A DNA stretch of 64,000 nt from contig NC_057759.1 in NCBI RefSeq assembly GCF_004010195.1, forward strand, positions 5,052,657 through 5,116,656, written 5' to 3'. Below, piece after piece: positions 49,950 through 62,730 of this stretch. How positions within the stretch are numbered: the stretch's first letter is position 1; every line of letters begins with the position of its first letter. The position numbers and the translations under genes are program-made. This DNA is from Chiloscyllium plagiosum. Its lineage: Eukaryota. A model generated the notes under the pieces. The model was not told the origin of the DNA and did no database searches. It saw only the letters and a list, made by a program, of their open reading frames with translations.

Positions 49950-52145
49950 GTGAGAAATGAGATAATGAGAATCCAGTGAAAGTATATTCCTGTAGGGTGA
50001 AAGGAAAGGCTGGTAGGTATAGGGAATGCTGGATGATTAAAGAAATTGAGGGTTTGGTTTAGAAAAAGAAAGAAGCATATGTAAGTTATAGACAGGATAG
50101 ATCGAGTGAATCCTTAGAGTATAAAGGAAGTAGGAATATACTTTAGAGGGAAATCGCTTTGGCAAATAGAATTAAGGAGAATCCAAAGGGTTTTTACAAA
50201 TACATTAAGGACAAAAAGGGGTAAATAGGGAGAGAATAGGGCCACTCAAAAATCAGCAAGGTGGCCTTTGTGTGGAACCGCAGGAGATGGGGGAGATACT
50301 AAACGAGTATTTTGCATCAGTATTTACGATGGAAAAGGACATGGAAGGTATTGAATGTAGGGAAATTTTTAGATTAGATTACTTACAGTGTGGAAACAGG
50401 CCCTTCGGCCCAACAAGTCCACACTGACCCGCCGAAGCGCAACCCACCCATACCCCTACATTTACCCCTTTAACCTAACACTACGGGCAATTTAGCATGG
50501 CCAATTCACCTGACCTGCACATCTTTGGACTGTGGGAGGAAACCGGAGCACCCGGAGGAAACCCACGCAGACACGGGGAGAATGTGCAAACTCCACACAG
50601 TCAGTCGCCTGAGTCGGGAATTGAACCCGGGTCTCTGGCGCTGTGAGGCAGCAGTGCTAACCACTGTGCCACCGTGCCGCCCACATGTTAGAGGGCTACA
50701 GCGATAGGGTTGGAGACATCTTAAAAAATGTCCATCTTACACAGGAGGAAGTGCTGGATGACATGAAGTGCATAAAAGTGGAGAAATCCCCAGGACCTGA
50801 TCAGGTGTACCCTAGAACTCTGTGGGAAGCTCGGGAAGTGATTGCTAGGTCTCTTGCTGAGATATTTGAACATTGATAGTCATAGATGAGATGCCGGAGA
50901 CTAGGAGGTTGGCTAAGGTAGTGTCACTGTTTAAGAAAGGTGGTAAGGACAAACCAGTGAGCCTGACGTCGGTGGTGGGCAAGTTGTTGGAGGGAATCCT
51001 GAGGGACAGGATGTACATGTATTTGGAAAGGCAGGACTGATTAGAGATAGTCAACATGGCTTTTTGTGTGGGAAATCATGTCCCACAAACTTGATTGAGT
51101 TGTTTGAAGAAGTAACAAAGAGGATTGATGAGGGCAGAGTGGTAGATGTGATATATATGGACTTCAGTAAGGCATTCGACAAGGTTCCCTATGGGGGGCT
51201 GATTAGCAAGGTTAGATCTCGTGGAACACAGGGAGAACTAGCCATTTGGATACAGAACTGGCTCAAAGGTAATAGACAGAGTGTGGTGATGGAGGGTTGT
51301 TTTACAGACTGGAGGCCAGTGACCAGTGGAGTGCCACAAGGATCCACTACTGCTGGGTCCACTACTTTTTATCATTTATATAAAATGATTTGGATATGAG
51401 CAGAAGAGGTACAGTTAGTAGGTTTGCAGATAACACCAAAACTGAAGGTGTAGTGGACAGCGAAGAAGGTTACCTCAGATTACAATGGGATCTTGATTAG
51501 ATGGGCCAATGGGCTGAGAAGGACAAATGTGAGGTGTTGCATTTTGGAAAAACAAATCTTAGGACTTAGACGCTTAATGGTAAGGACGTAGGGAGTGTTG
51601 CTGAACAAAGATACCTTGGAGTGCAGGTTCATAGCTCCTTGAAAGTGGAATCACAGGTAAATAGGATAGTGAAGAAGGCATTTGGTATGCTTTGCTTTAT
51701 TGATCAGAGTATTGAGTACAGGAGTTGGGAAGTCATGTTGCGGCTGTACAGGACATTGGTTAGCCCACTTTTGGAACATTGCGTGCAATTCTGGTTTCCT
51801 CCCTATCAGAAAGATGTTGTGAAACCTGAAAGGGTTCAGAAAAGATTTTAAGGAATATGCGCGAGTTGGAGGCTCTGGGGTGACCTCATAGAGGTTCATA
51901 AAATCATGAGAGGCATGGATAGAATAAATAGACAAAGTCTTTTCCTGGGGTTGAGGAGTCCAGAACTAGAGGGTACAGGTTTAGGGTGAGAGGGGCAACC
52001 TTTTCATGCAGAGGGTGGTACGTGTATGGAATGAGCTGCCAGAGGAAGTGGTGGAGGCTAGTACAATTGCTACATTTAAAAGGCATCTGGATGGGTATAT
52101 GAATAGGAAGGGTTTGGAGGGATATGGGCCGGGTGCTGGAAGGTG
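49950..52145 (+). mobile_element. HER1/CR1 LINE, degenerate ORF2, with a nested HE1 SINE at 50370-50682 (-)
   Basis: KSPGPDQVYPRTLWE, DFSKAFDKV, GVPQG, RVWNELPEE. Confidence 0.92.
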
Positions 52146-52151
52146 GAGCTA

Positions 52152-52567
52152 ATGCAAAACTTGCGCCCACACCTCCCCCTTACTTCCCTCCAAGGCCTCA
52201 AGGGATCCTTCCATATCCGCCACAAATTCACCTGCACCTCCACACACATCATTTACTGCATCCGCTGCACCCAATGTGGCCTCCTCTATATTGGGGAGAC
52301 AGGCCGCCTACTTGCGGAACGTTTCAGAGAACACCTCTGGGACATCCAGACCAACCAACCCAACCACCCCGTGGCTCAACACTTCAACTCCCCCTCCCAC
52401 TCCACCAAGGACATGCAGGTCCTTCGAATCCTCCATCGCCAGACCATAGCAACACAATGGCTGGAGGAAGAGCACCTCATCTTCCGCCTCGGAACCCTCC
52501 AACCACAGGGGATGAACTCAGATTTCTCCAGTTTCCTCATTTCCCCTCCCCCCACCTTGTCTCAGTC
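52152..52567 (+). mobile_element. Penelope-like GIY-YIG fragment
   Basis: IIYCIRCTQCGLLYIGETGRLLAERFREH...FRLGTLQPQGMN. Confidence 0.92.
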
Positions 52568-52769
52568 CAAAATGCATTTCATTACATTTCTCTGCATTGG
52601 AATTCATCTGCCAAGTTTCTGCCCATTTGGCCAACTTGTCATCTACCTGTGAAGTCACTCAGCATCATCCTCACAATTCACTCTTCTCCCTGGGTTAGTA
52701 TCAACTGCGAATTTAGAGATTATATCCTCAACACCCAACTCCTAATCATTTATATAACAATGTAGTTTT

Positions 52770-53405
52770 CAACGTGTACTTGTCAGTTTCTTTTATGTGC
52801 ATGTAAATATTAATCTCTACCTAACCGTTACCGCTATGTGAACCAGTCTGTTCCTGCTCTGTGAATTGAGACAGTCAATATTGGCCTGTATTTGCCCGTT
52901 GTGAATGTGTGAGTGTATTTACTGGTTTGTCCCTGCTATGTTTTGAGACTGTCGATATTAAACTGTACGTCATTTTCCCCTATGTCAAAATGTGAATGCA
53001 GTTACCAATGTTTGCCTCTCAATCTCTGCCTTGTCAATATGTGAATTTACTTATCGATTTCTACCTGTCAGCTCCTGTTTGGTCAATGTGAACATTGCAG
53101 GTACCAATATGTATCTGTGAGATTCTGCTCTGTGAATATGAGAGTGTCGTTATCACACTGTACTTGTCAGTTTATGCTGTGAAACTGGGCGTGTAGTTAT
53201 CACTCTGTTCCTGTCAGTTTTAGCTTTGTGAATGAGAATGTAGTTATTAATCTGGCCCTGACAGTTACTGAAATGCTCATATGTGACTTAGAAAATGGAG
53301 ATTAATAGTCACACATTTGCATCGCAGAAACTGTGTCGTCATCATTTGTTTATCTGTTTCTGCAACATGAATGTGTGTGTAGTTATCAGCCTGTACTTAT
53401 CCATT
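52770..53405 (-). repeat. Degenerate ~49-bp tandem repeat in reverse orientation
   Basis: Recurrent CCTGTCAGTTTCTGC...GTGAATGTGAGAGTGTAGTTATC units. Confidence 0.75.
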
Positions 53406-53985
53406 TCTACTCTTTTGTATCTAAGTGGAAGCCAGTAATATTCTGTGTCTGTGTGATAGTTGTTATGAAGGTGTTGAGACTGGGTCTTAATCTTTTCTGC
53501 ATTTTGTGATTTCTGAGTTGACTGTCAGTCTGTGGGGGTGGGTGGGTGAGAGAGGAGAAAGGGCGATGGCAGAAGGGAAACTGCTTTATTCTGAGAACCA
53601 TTCTGAATTATGGTCACACGTTTCCTATTTGGGGAGAGAGTCTAGGATCTGTGGTATCACTGAGACATTTAGTTTTAATTTGTCCCCAGACATTGTTGGT
53701 ATTTTTTTGTGAAAGAGTTTTATTCTGCATGTCAGTCCATTTTTGTATTTTTTTATACCAATATGCAATACAACAGCATGTCATCCCTTTTCTCACCAAA
53801 ATCAGAATCACTGATATGGTACAGCTCAGAAGCAGACCATTCAGCTCATTGTATCTGTACTAGGACATTCTTTTATGCATCAATTCTGCAGTAATTGTTG
53901 GGAATATGAACTTCATCCACTCATTGCCAGTGTCTATATGGAAAGGACAATTTGACATCAGTTCTGTAGGCATCTGACTTTTAAT

Positions 53986-54239
53986 AACTGTAGTCCTTGG
54001 TTGGTCAGATCACATTTGTGTTCAGTTCTGGGCACATTATCTCAAGAAAGATCCTCAAGCTCTGGAGAGGGTTCACTGGAGATTTACTAGATCTCAATCA
54101 CCTATGTTCAGTTGTGGTTTTGTCTGAGTGTAGCATAAACTCTGTAAATAAACTCTTTTCAATGATGTTTAATTGTATTGTATTTCAGTCTGTTTATTTT
54201 TACATTGTGTGTGCGTGCATGTAAAGTAGACTATATCAG
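53986..54239 (+). repeat. 254-bp direct repeat, second copy at 55908-56161
   Basis: Identical by eye except for one base near the 3' end. Confidence 0.92.
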
Positions 54240-54759
54240 GCGCTGCTGGGCACTTTATATCCTCAGCTGTGATAAGTGATGTTGCAGATATGGGCGGAGA
54301 AATGGCAGATTGAGCTTAATCTGACAAAGTGTAAGATGCTGGACTTTGGGAGATCAAATGTTAAGGAACAGTATACAGTTAGTGGTTGGACTATGAGCAT
54401 CTTTGATGTACAGAAGGATCTTGGGGTTCAAGTCTATAGCTCCCTGAACGTGGCCACACAAGTAGATAGGGTGGTATCTCGAGGACGACATTTGGCATGC
54501 TTGCCTTATTGGTCGGAGAATTGAGTCAGGATATCATTGCAGCTTTATAAGACTTTGTTTAGGTCATACTTAGAGTATTGTGACAAAAGATTAATTCTGT
54601 CCTTCTCAGTTACTAAGAGCTGAAATGTTTCCTTCAATACCTGTACTCACTATCTACTTCATATATGGTTGTTCAAGCTACCAGCATCGTCTCTTTGTTC
54701 ACCTCAATTGTAATGTTATATCAATTCTAAAGTTCAGAATCCATGAGGATGGCCTCAAT

Positions 54760-55480
54760 TGGGACCTAGGGTTCCTGTCACACTACAGGTGTCTCCAATA
54801 AACCATACACTCTCTCTCACGCACACACTCACACAGACCCTCTCTCCTCCACATGCTTCCTCTCATACACACACACACACACACACACTCCATCACACTC
54901 ATACACACACTTTACCAAGCATGCGCACACACATTCTCAGGTGCATTCACACTGACATGCACACACTCTCACATGTAGTCACACATAAGTGACTGGGGTG
55001 AATTTGCATTTGCAGAATTATATTTGCAGATACATTCTGTTTTGCTCAATCTGCAGGCAGTCAATCCATGTAATATTTTATAAATTCCCACTTTGGAACT
55101 AGAACCAGCCTTACTTAAGATTGGGATAGAGTCAGACTCTAACCTCACACCTTTAATACATTTTCTGAGCTGAGATGTCACCCTTTTTAAAATAAAACCT
55201 TAAAATAAAACCTTAAGTGATTTTGACAATGTGACTTTAAACAAGTTCTGGGATGTATATATTAATGAACTGCAACCCATTCGAAAAGATGAATTACTGA
55301 ACAGTAATCTAGATTTGTTCAATATATCATTTCAGTTGCATGACACTGTAATCTTTTGCTATAAATTCTGTGTCTTACGATCCTGTTTCACAGCTACCTG
55401 ATGAAGGAGCAGCGCTGTGAAAGCTCGTACTTCCAAATGAACCTGTTGGACTGTAATCTGGTGTTGTGTGATTTTTTATC
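54760..55480 (+). mobile_element. Longer family-A Penelope-like 3' region with a CA-rich tract and hammerhead motif
   Basis: Shares TGCTATAAATTCTG...TACGATC and the terminal repeat with 10510-10710; TAC-CTGATGA...GAAA-GC-TC-GTA at 55395-55429. The 5' boundary is uncertain. Confidence 0.7.
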
Positions 55481-55670
55481 TTAAGAGTATTGCATTCAGT
55501 TGTGATCGGCACATTACAGGAAAGATGTGGTGGTTTTAGAGAGGGTGCAGAAGAGGTTTGCCAGAATGTTGACCAGATTAGAGGGTATGAACTATAAAGA
55601 GGAGCTAGAAAAACCCTTCTGAGTGGCAGAGGTTGAGGGCAGACTTAATAGAAGTCTATAAAGGTTTGAG

Positions 55671-55865
55671 AAGATTTGTAGCTCAGGTTGAGGTTCTGGA
55701 TCCAGTTTTGCTCGCTGAACTGGAAGGTTCATTTTCAGACGTTTTGTCACCATACTTGGTAACATCATCAGTGAGCCTCCGGATGAAGCACCAGTGGTAT
55801 AGCCTGTTTCTATTTGTGTGTTTAGGTTTTCTTGGAAAGGTGACATAATTTCCTGTGGTGATGTC
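55671..55865 (-). mobile_element. Penelope (Poseidon-like) terminal repeat with hammerhead motif, family C
   Basis: Minus strand TCA-CTGATGA-T-GTTACCA...TGGTGAC-AAAA-CG-TC-TGA (55774-55735); ends GAGCTACAAATCTT. Confidence 0.75.
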
Positions 55866-58800
55866 GAGTCATAGAGATGTAGAGCACGGAAATGAACTCT
55901 GTGGTCCAACTGTAGTCCTTGGTTGGTCAGATCACATTTGTGTTCAGTTCTGGGCACATTATCTCAAGAAAGATCCTCAAGCTCTGGAGAGGGTTCACTG
56001 GAGATTTACTAGATCTCAATCACCTATGTTCAGTTGTGGTTTTGTCTGAGTGTAGCATAAACTCTGTAAATAAACTCTTTTCAATGATGTTTAATTGTAT
56101 TGTATTTCAGTCTGTTTATTTTTACATTGTGTGTGCGTGCATGTAAAGTAGACTTTATCAGCCGACCATGCCGACCAGATATCCCAACCGAATCTAATCC
56201 CATCTACCAGCACCTGGTCCATATCCCTCCAAACCCTTCCTATTCATATGCCCATCCAGATGCCTTTTTAATGTTGCAATTGTACCAGCCTCCACCACTT
56301 CTTCTGGCAGCTCATTCCATACAAGTACCACCCTCTGAGTGAAAAGGTTGCTCCTTAGGTCTCTTCAATATCTTTGCCCTCTCACCCTAAACCTATGCAG
56401 TCTAGTTCTGGACTCTCCCCACCCCAGGGAAAAGACTATTTTTCCTATCATGATTTTATAAAACTCTATAAGGTCACCCTTCAGCCTCCGACGGTCCAGG
56501 GAAACTAGCCCTAGCCTATTCAACCTCTCCCAAGAGCTCAAATGCTGCAAACCTGGAAACATCCTTGTAAATCTTTTCTGAACCCTTTCATTTTTCACAA
56601 CAACTTTCTGATAGGAAGGAGACCAGAACTGCACGCAATATTCCAACAGTGGCCTAACCAATGTCCTGTACAGCTGCAACATGATCTCCCAACTCCTGTA
56701 CTCAATACTCTGACCAATAAAGGAAAACACACCAAATGCTTTCTTCATTATCCTATGTACCTGCACTCCAAAGTCTCTTTGTTCAGCAAACCTCCCTAGA
56801 ACCTTACCATTAAGTGTTTAAGTGCTCCTAAGATTTGCTTTCCCAAAATGCAGCATCTCAGATTTATCTAAATTAAACTCCATTTGCCAATTCTCAGCCC
56901 ATTGGCTCATCTGATCAAGATCCCGTTGTAATCTGAAGTAACCTTCTTCGCTGTTCACTACATTTCCTATTTTGGTGTCAACAGCAAACTTACTATCTAT
57001 ACCTCTTATCAACACATCCAAATCATTTATATAAATGATGAAAAGTAGTGGACCCAGCACTGATCCTTGTGGCAATCCACTGGTCACAGATCTTCAGTCT
57101 GAAAAACAACCCTCCACCACCACGCTCTGTCTTCTACCTTTGTGCCAGGTCTGTATCCAAATGGCTAGCTCTCCCTGTATTCCATGAGATTTAACCTTGC
57201 TTACCAGTCTACCACAGGGAAGCCTTACTGAAGTCCGTATAGATCACATTTACCCCTCTGCCCTCATCAATCCGTTTTGTTGCTTCTTCAAAAAATTCAA
57301 TCAAGTTTGTGAAACATGATTTCCCACGCATAAAGTCATGTTGACTATCCCTTATCAGTCCTTGCCTTCCCAAATACATGTACATCCTGTCCCTCAGGAT
57401 TCCCTCCAACAATTTGCCCACTGCCAACGTCAAGCTCACTGGTCTGTACTTCCCGGACTTATCCTTACCACCCTTCTTAAACAGCGGCACCACGTTAGCC
57501 AACCTCCAGTCTTCCAGCACTTCACCTGTGACTATCGATGATACATATATCTCAGTAACAGGCCCAGCAATCACTGCCCTAGCTTCCCACAAAGTTATAG
57601 GGTTACTGGGGATTTATCCACCTTTATACATTTCAAGACACCCAGCACTTCCTCCTCAGTAATACGGACATTTTTCAAGATGTCACCATCTATTTCCCTA
57701 CGTTCTATATCTTCCATGTGTTTTTCCACAGTAAATACTGATGCAAAAATATTCCTTTAGTATCTCCCCCATCTCCTGCGGCTCCACACAAAGGCCACCT
57801 TGCTGGTCTTTGAGGGGCCCTATTCTCTCCCTGGTTACCCTTTTGTTCTTAATGCATTTGTAAAAACCCTTTGAATTCTCCTTAACTCTATTTGCCAAAG
57901 CTATCTCATGTAGCCTTATCGCCCTCCTGATTTCTCTCTTAGTGTACTCCTAATGCCTTTAAGCTCTTCTAAGGATTCACTCGATCTATCCTGTCTATAC
58001 TTGACATATGCTTCCCTCTTTTTCTTAACCAAACTCAATTTCTTTAGTCATCCAGCATTCTTTATACCTACAGCCTTCCCTTTCACCCTAGCAGGAATAT
58101 ACTTTTTCTGGACTCTCGTTATCTCATTTCTGAAGGCTTCCCAATTTCCAGCCATCCCTTTACCTGCGAACATCTGCCCCCAGTCAGCTTTCGGAAGTCC
58201 TTGCCTAATGGCATCAAAATTGGCTTTCCTCAAATTTAGAACATCAACTTTTAGATCTGGTCTATCCTTTTCCATCACTATTTTAAAACTAATAGAATTA
58301 TGATTACTGGCCCCAAATTGCTGCCCCATTGACACCTCAGTCACCTGTCCTGCCTTATTTCCCAAGAGTAAGTCAAGTTTTGCACCTTCTCCAGTCGGTA
58401 CTTCCACATACTGAATCAGAATTGGTTTTTTTTGCGTACACTTAAATTCTTCTCCATCTAAACCCTTAGCACTATGGCAGTCCCAGTCTATCTTTGGAAA
58501 GTTAAAATCCCTACCATAACCATATGGGCGGCACGGTGGCACAGTGGTTAGCACTGCTGCTTCACAGCGCCAGAGACCCGGGTTCAATACCCGCCTCAGG
58601 CGACTGACTGTGTGGAGTTTGCACGTTCTCCCCGTGTCTGCGTGGGTTTCCTCCGGGTGCTCCGGTTTCCTCCCACAGTCCAAAAGATGTGCAGGTCAGG
58701 TGAATTGGCCATGCTAAATTGCCCGTAGTGTTAGGTAAGGGGTAAATGTAGGGGCATGGGTGGGTTGCGCTTCGGTGGGGCGGTGTGGACTTGTTGGGCC

Positions 58801-59135
58801 GAAGGGCCTGCTTCCACACTAAGTAATCTAATCTAATCTAAACCTCCTATTATTCTAAGATAACTGAGATCTCCTTACAAATTTGTTTCTCATTTTCCCT
58901 CTGACTATTAGGGGGTCTATAATACAATACAATAAGATTATCATCCCTTTCTTATTTCTCAGTTCCACCCAAATAACTTCCCGGATGTATCTCCAGGAAT
59001 ATCCTCCCTCAGCACAGCTGTAATGCTATCCCTTATCAAAAATGCCACTCCCCCTCCTCTCTTGCCTCCCTTTCTGTCCTTCCTGTAGCATTTGTATCCT
59101 GGAACATTAAACTGTCAGTCCTGTCCATTCCTGAG
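55866..59135 (-). mobile_element. Near full-length HER1/CR1 LINE, degenerate, with a nested HE1 SINE at 58525-58841 (+)
   Basis: APE, RT and the 3' tail on the minus strand. Confidence 0.92.
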
Positions 59136-59139
59136 TCAC

Positions 59140-59432
59140 GTTTCTGTAGTTTCCTGTGATGATGGCATTTCTGGTTCTTTTTCTCAAGGGGTGGTAAATG
59201 GGATCCAAGTCAATGTGTTTGTTGATTGATTTCCGGTTGGAATGCCATGCTTCTATGAGTTCTCGTTCATGTCTCTGTTTGGCTTGTCCTAGGATGGATA
59301 TGTTGTCGCAGTCAAAGTTGTGTCCTTCCTCATCTATATGCAAGGATACTCGTGAGATTGGGTCATGTCTTTTCGTGGCTAGTTGATGTACATGTATCCT
59401 ACTGGCTAGTTTTCTGCCTGTTTGTCCAGTGT
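59140..59432 (-). mobile_element. Penelope (Poseidon-like) GIY-YIG fragment
   Basis: GQTGRKLASRIHVHQLATKRHD...HNFDCDNISILGQAKQRHERELIEAWHS. Confidence 0.85.
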
Positions 59433-59900
59433 GGTGGACTCATATCCACAAGTCTCTAAAATTGAGATGATGCTCAGAATCTTTTTCCAGGAGTTGAAAT
59501 ATTGAAAACTAAGAGGCATGTATATAATGCGAGAGGGAGAAAGTTCAAAGGACACATATGGAGCAGTTTCTTTTAAACATAGAGAGTCGTAGGAGTGGAA
59601 CGCACTTCCAGGGGTGGAGATGCAGATACGATAAGGACTTTTAGGTAAGCAAATGAATATGCAAGAAATGGAGGGTTATGGACCAAGGGCAGGCAGAAGG
59701 GATTAATTTCATTTGGCGGCATGTTCAGCACAACTTCATGGGCTGAAGGACCCATTCCTGTGCTGTACTGATCGATGTTCAGATTTAATGCAGTGTATAT
59801 TTCGGATGAGGATGAAGGGCTTTTGCCCGAAACGTCGATTTCGAAGCTCCTTGGATGCTGCCTGAACTGCTGTGCTCTTCCAGCACCACTAATCCAGAAC

Positions 59901-60272
59901 CTTTGAGTACTTGCCTGGAGGAAGACAGAAGAGATACCTCCTGTAAATCAACATCAGCTGTGATTGACAACATCAATGTAACATTCAGTTCCTCACCCTT
60001 AAGAGTTTTTATTTAAAGCCAGCAAATTAAACAAAACCACAGGTCTGATTCCACCCCTCCCCTGAGCTGCTCCTTGTCCATTTTTTCTTCAAATTGTAAG
60101 ACCAATTGAGTGAGATCCAGAAACTAAACCACATCCACACAGCTCTGTGAATGGGACTACCTGATGCAAGTGGGTATGTGGATATGTGAGTTCAGTTATT
60201 GATCTATACCTGCCAGTTCCGGCTTGGTGAATGTGAGAGTGTAGTTATTAAACTGTAACATACATTATATGG
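59901..60272 (+). repeat. Arm of a ~370-bp inverted repeat, partner at 62787-63162
   Basis: Reverse-complement match; also homologous to the spacer at 7570-7990. Confidence 0.82.
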
Positions 60273-60294
60273 AGAGTTGTTGTAGGGGGATGAG

Positions 60295-61478
60295 CCAAAA
60301 GTTCAAACCCCTCTCTTCCTTTCTTTTCTATATATTTCTCTCTCTTCTCCATTTAATCATAATTCAAATGGTTTCATTTCTGTTGCTCTTTGCTAGTCTT
60401 TTGCCTCTAACTCAAGTTGCTTCATTTTCCATTGAATTTTAGCCATCTCTGAAGATTCTGATGGTGTTTCCAACAAACGTAAATGCTGAGCTACTGCAGT
60501 AATTATCTCTCCTTTCCTCATGGAAGACACGGACTCAACCCCAGCAAGTCCAACAACCCTAATCCCAAATCAGAACTACAGAACAAATCCTACAAAGAGC
60601 CCCCTAATTGGTATGGACCAATTTGAGGATCCCCTCAAAACATTTGAAGTAGCCCGGATCCTAACTTTGAGGAGAAAGTGAGGTCTGCAGATGCTGGAGA
60701 TCAGAGCTGGAAATGTGTTGCTGGAAAAGCGCAGCAGGTCAGGCAGCATCCAGGGAACAGGAGAATCGACGTTTCGGGCATAAGCCCTTCTTCAGGAAGA
60801 AGGGCTTTTCCTGAAGAAGGGCTTATGCCCGAAACGTCGATTCTCCTGTTCCCTGGATGCTGCCTGACCTGCTGCGCTTTTCCAGCAACACATTTACAGC
60901 TCGGATCCTAACTTTGCTAGTTGTTTTAAGCAGGTGTAACACAGATATTCAAGGAGTGATGTAGCTGGTCAAACCACATTTAAACCACTTTTAAACAAAA
61001 CAGAACTGATTTCCAGGATTATCAAATGAAACACAACCAAATGCTCCTATGCCTTAAAAGAGAACAGAATATTAAATAACTTTACCTATCCAAAAACCCT
61101 ACAGATTATACAAACTTAATGATGCTGTTCCCAATACTTGCAATAATCCCGACAAACAGCCGTTGGCACAAAAAGATAAAATCAAACACAGGGTCTTACA
61201 GGAGAGCTGTCAGAGAGATAGTACCAGCATGGACTTGCTTCTTTGGGTTCAGCAGCTTTTTCAACTGCCTGACTGCTTTCAGTCAATAGCCAGACAGCCA
61301 AAAACCACATCAAACCAGAGAAAAGCTGAGCTGGGAAAACTGGGACATTCACGTTTCATTGTATAAGTGTTCTTTTTAAAAATGTGGAAGCCTTTTGCCT
61401 GAGACATTACCTGTAGCTATAATCAAAATGTCCCTAAAACCCATCAACTCCGACTTTTCGGAGCCTATGTCTTTTACA
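60295..61478 (-). mobile_element. Gypsy LTR and start of gag, same family as 1-1993
   Basis: Minus strand begins TGTAAAAG at 61478; 60330-60478 is the reverse complement of about 975-1125. Confidence 0.78.
60670..60901. mobile_element. Fold-back Penelope-like element, family B, with a hammerhead motif on each strand
   Basis: Near-perfect ~90-bp arms; perfect 15-bp TSD CGGATCCTAACTTTG (60655-60669, 60902-60916). Confidence 0.9.
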
Positions 61479-61499
61479 AGCTTGTTAAAGGATCAGCAT

Positions 61500-62730
61500 C
61501 ATCACAGCAGACTGGTTCAAAAAGTAAAAGCTGTGGGATACAGGGTAATGTGGTGAATTGGATGCAAAGTTGGCTTAGTAACAGGAAACAAATGGTAATG
61601 GTTGATGGCTGCTCTTGTGAATGGAAAGCTGTTTCAAGTGGTGCTCTGCATGGCTCAGTGGTGGGACCTCTGCTGTTTGTTTTATACATTAAGGATTTGG
61701 ACTTGAATGTGGTGGGCAGATTTGTGAAATTTGCAGATGACACAAAAATTGGCCATTTAGGGGACAGCTATCAGCTCCAAAAGTATTACAGATGGTTTGG
61801 TGGAGTGGGCAGGAAAGGGGCAGGTGGAGTTCAGCTCTGAGAAGTGTGAGGGAATGCATTTTGGGAAGTCAAACAGTAAATGGGAACAGACAATAAATGG
61901 GAATATATTGAGGGGGCAGGGTAAGTGAGAGATCTTGGTGTGCAAGTGCATGGGTCCCTAAAGGTAGATGGGGTTGTAAAGAAGGCACGTGGAATGCTCT
62001 CCTTCATTGGCACAGGGATGGAATTCAAAAGTAAGGATATAAGAACGAAACCGGATAAGGCACTGGTGAGGCTACAACTGGAGTATTGCGTGCAGTCGGG
62101 TCACTACATCACAGGAAGGACGTCATTGCTCTGGAGAGAGTGCAGAGGAGATTTACTGGAATGTTGCCAGGGCTGGTGAATTGTAGCTATCGGGAGAGAT
62201 TGGAGAGGTTGGGGTTATATTCTTTAGAACAGAGGTGCCGTGATTAAGGAATATTAAATAGTGAATACTAAATAGTGAGCTACTAATGAAGGAGTAGAAC
62301 TCCGAAAGCTTGTACTTCCAAATAAACCTGTTGAACTATAACCTGGTGTTGTGTGATATTTCACAAAATAGTGAGGGGGAGAGATTAGAGTACACAGGAG
62401 GAACCTGTTTCCTTTGGCAGAGAGTTCAAATACCAGGGATCATTGATTCAAACAAAGCGATGTTGGATTACAAGATATGTGAGGAAAATGTTTTTTTATG
62501 CACAGAGTGGTGGGTATCTGGAATTTGCTGCCTGATTTGGTGGTGCAGACAGAGACCCTAAACTCTTTTAAACAAAAATCCTTGGAACTGCACCTCAAGT
62601 TCCGTTAACTGCAAGGCTACAGTCTGCAGCTAGAAGATGGGATGAGGAAGGGCATCTGGGGGTCTTTGGGTTGGCATGGACAAGATGGGCTGCATAGCCC
62701 CCTTTGTGCTGTATTATTTTTATGATTCAA
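61500..62730 (+). mobile_element. Old CR1 LINE 3' part with a nested family-A Penelope terminal repeat at 62280-62365
   Basis: SGALHGSVVGPLLF, KFADDT; the nested repeat is flanked by AAATAGTGAG on both sides. Confidence 0.85.

Noticed and set aside
60670-60901. Classifying the fold-back elements as MITEs or pre-miRNAs
   Set aside because: The arms are asymmetric, the TSDs are long and variable, and the arms match Penelope terminal repeats attached to GIY-YIG fragments elsewhere in the window.
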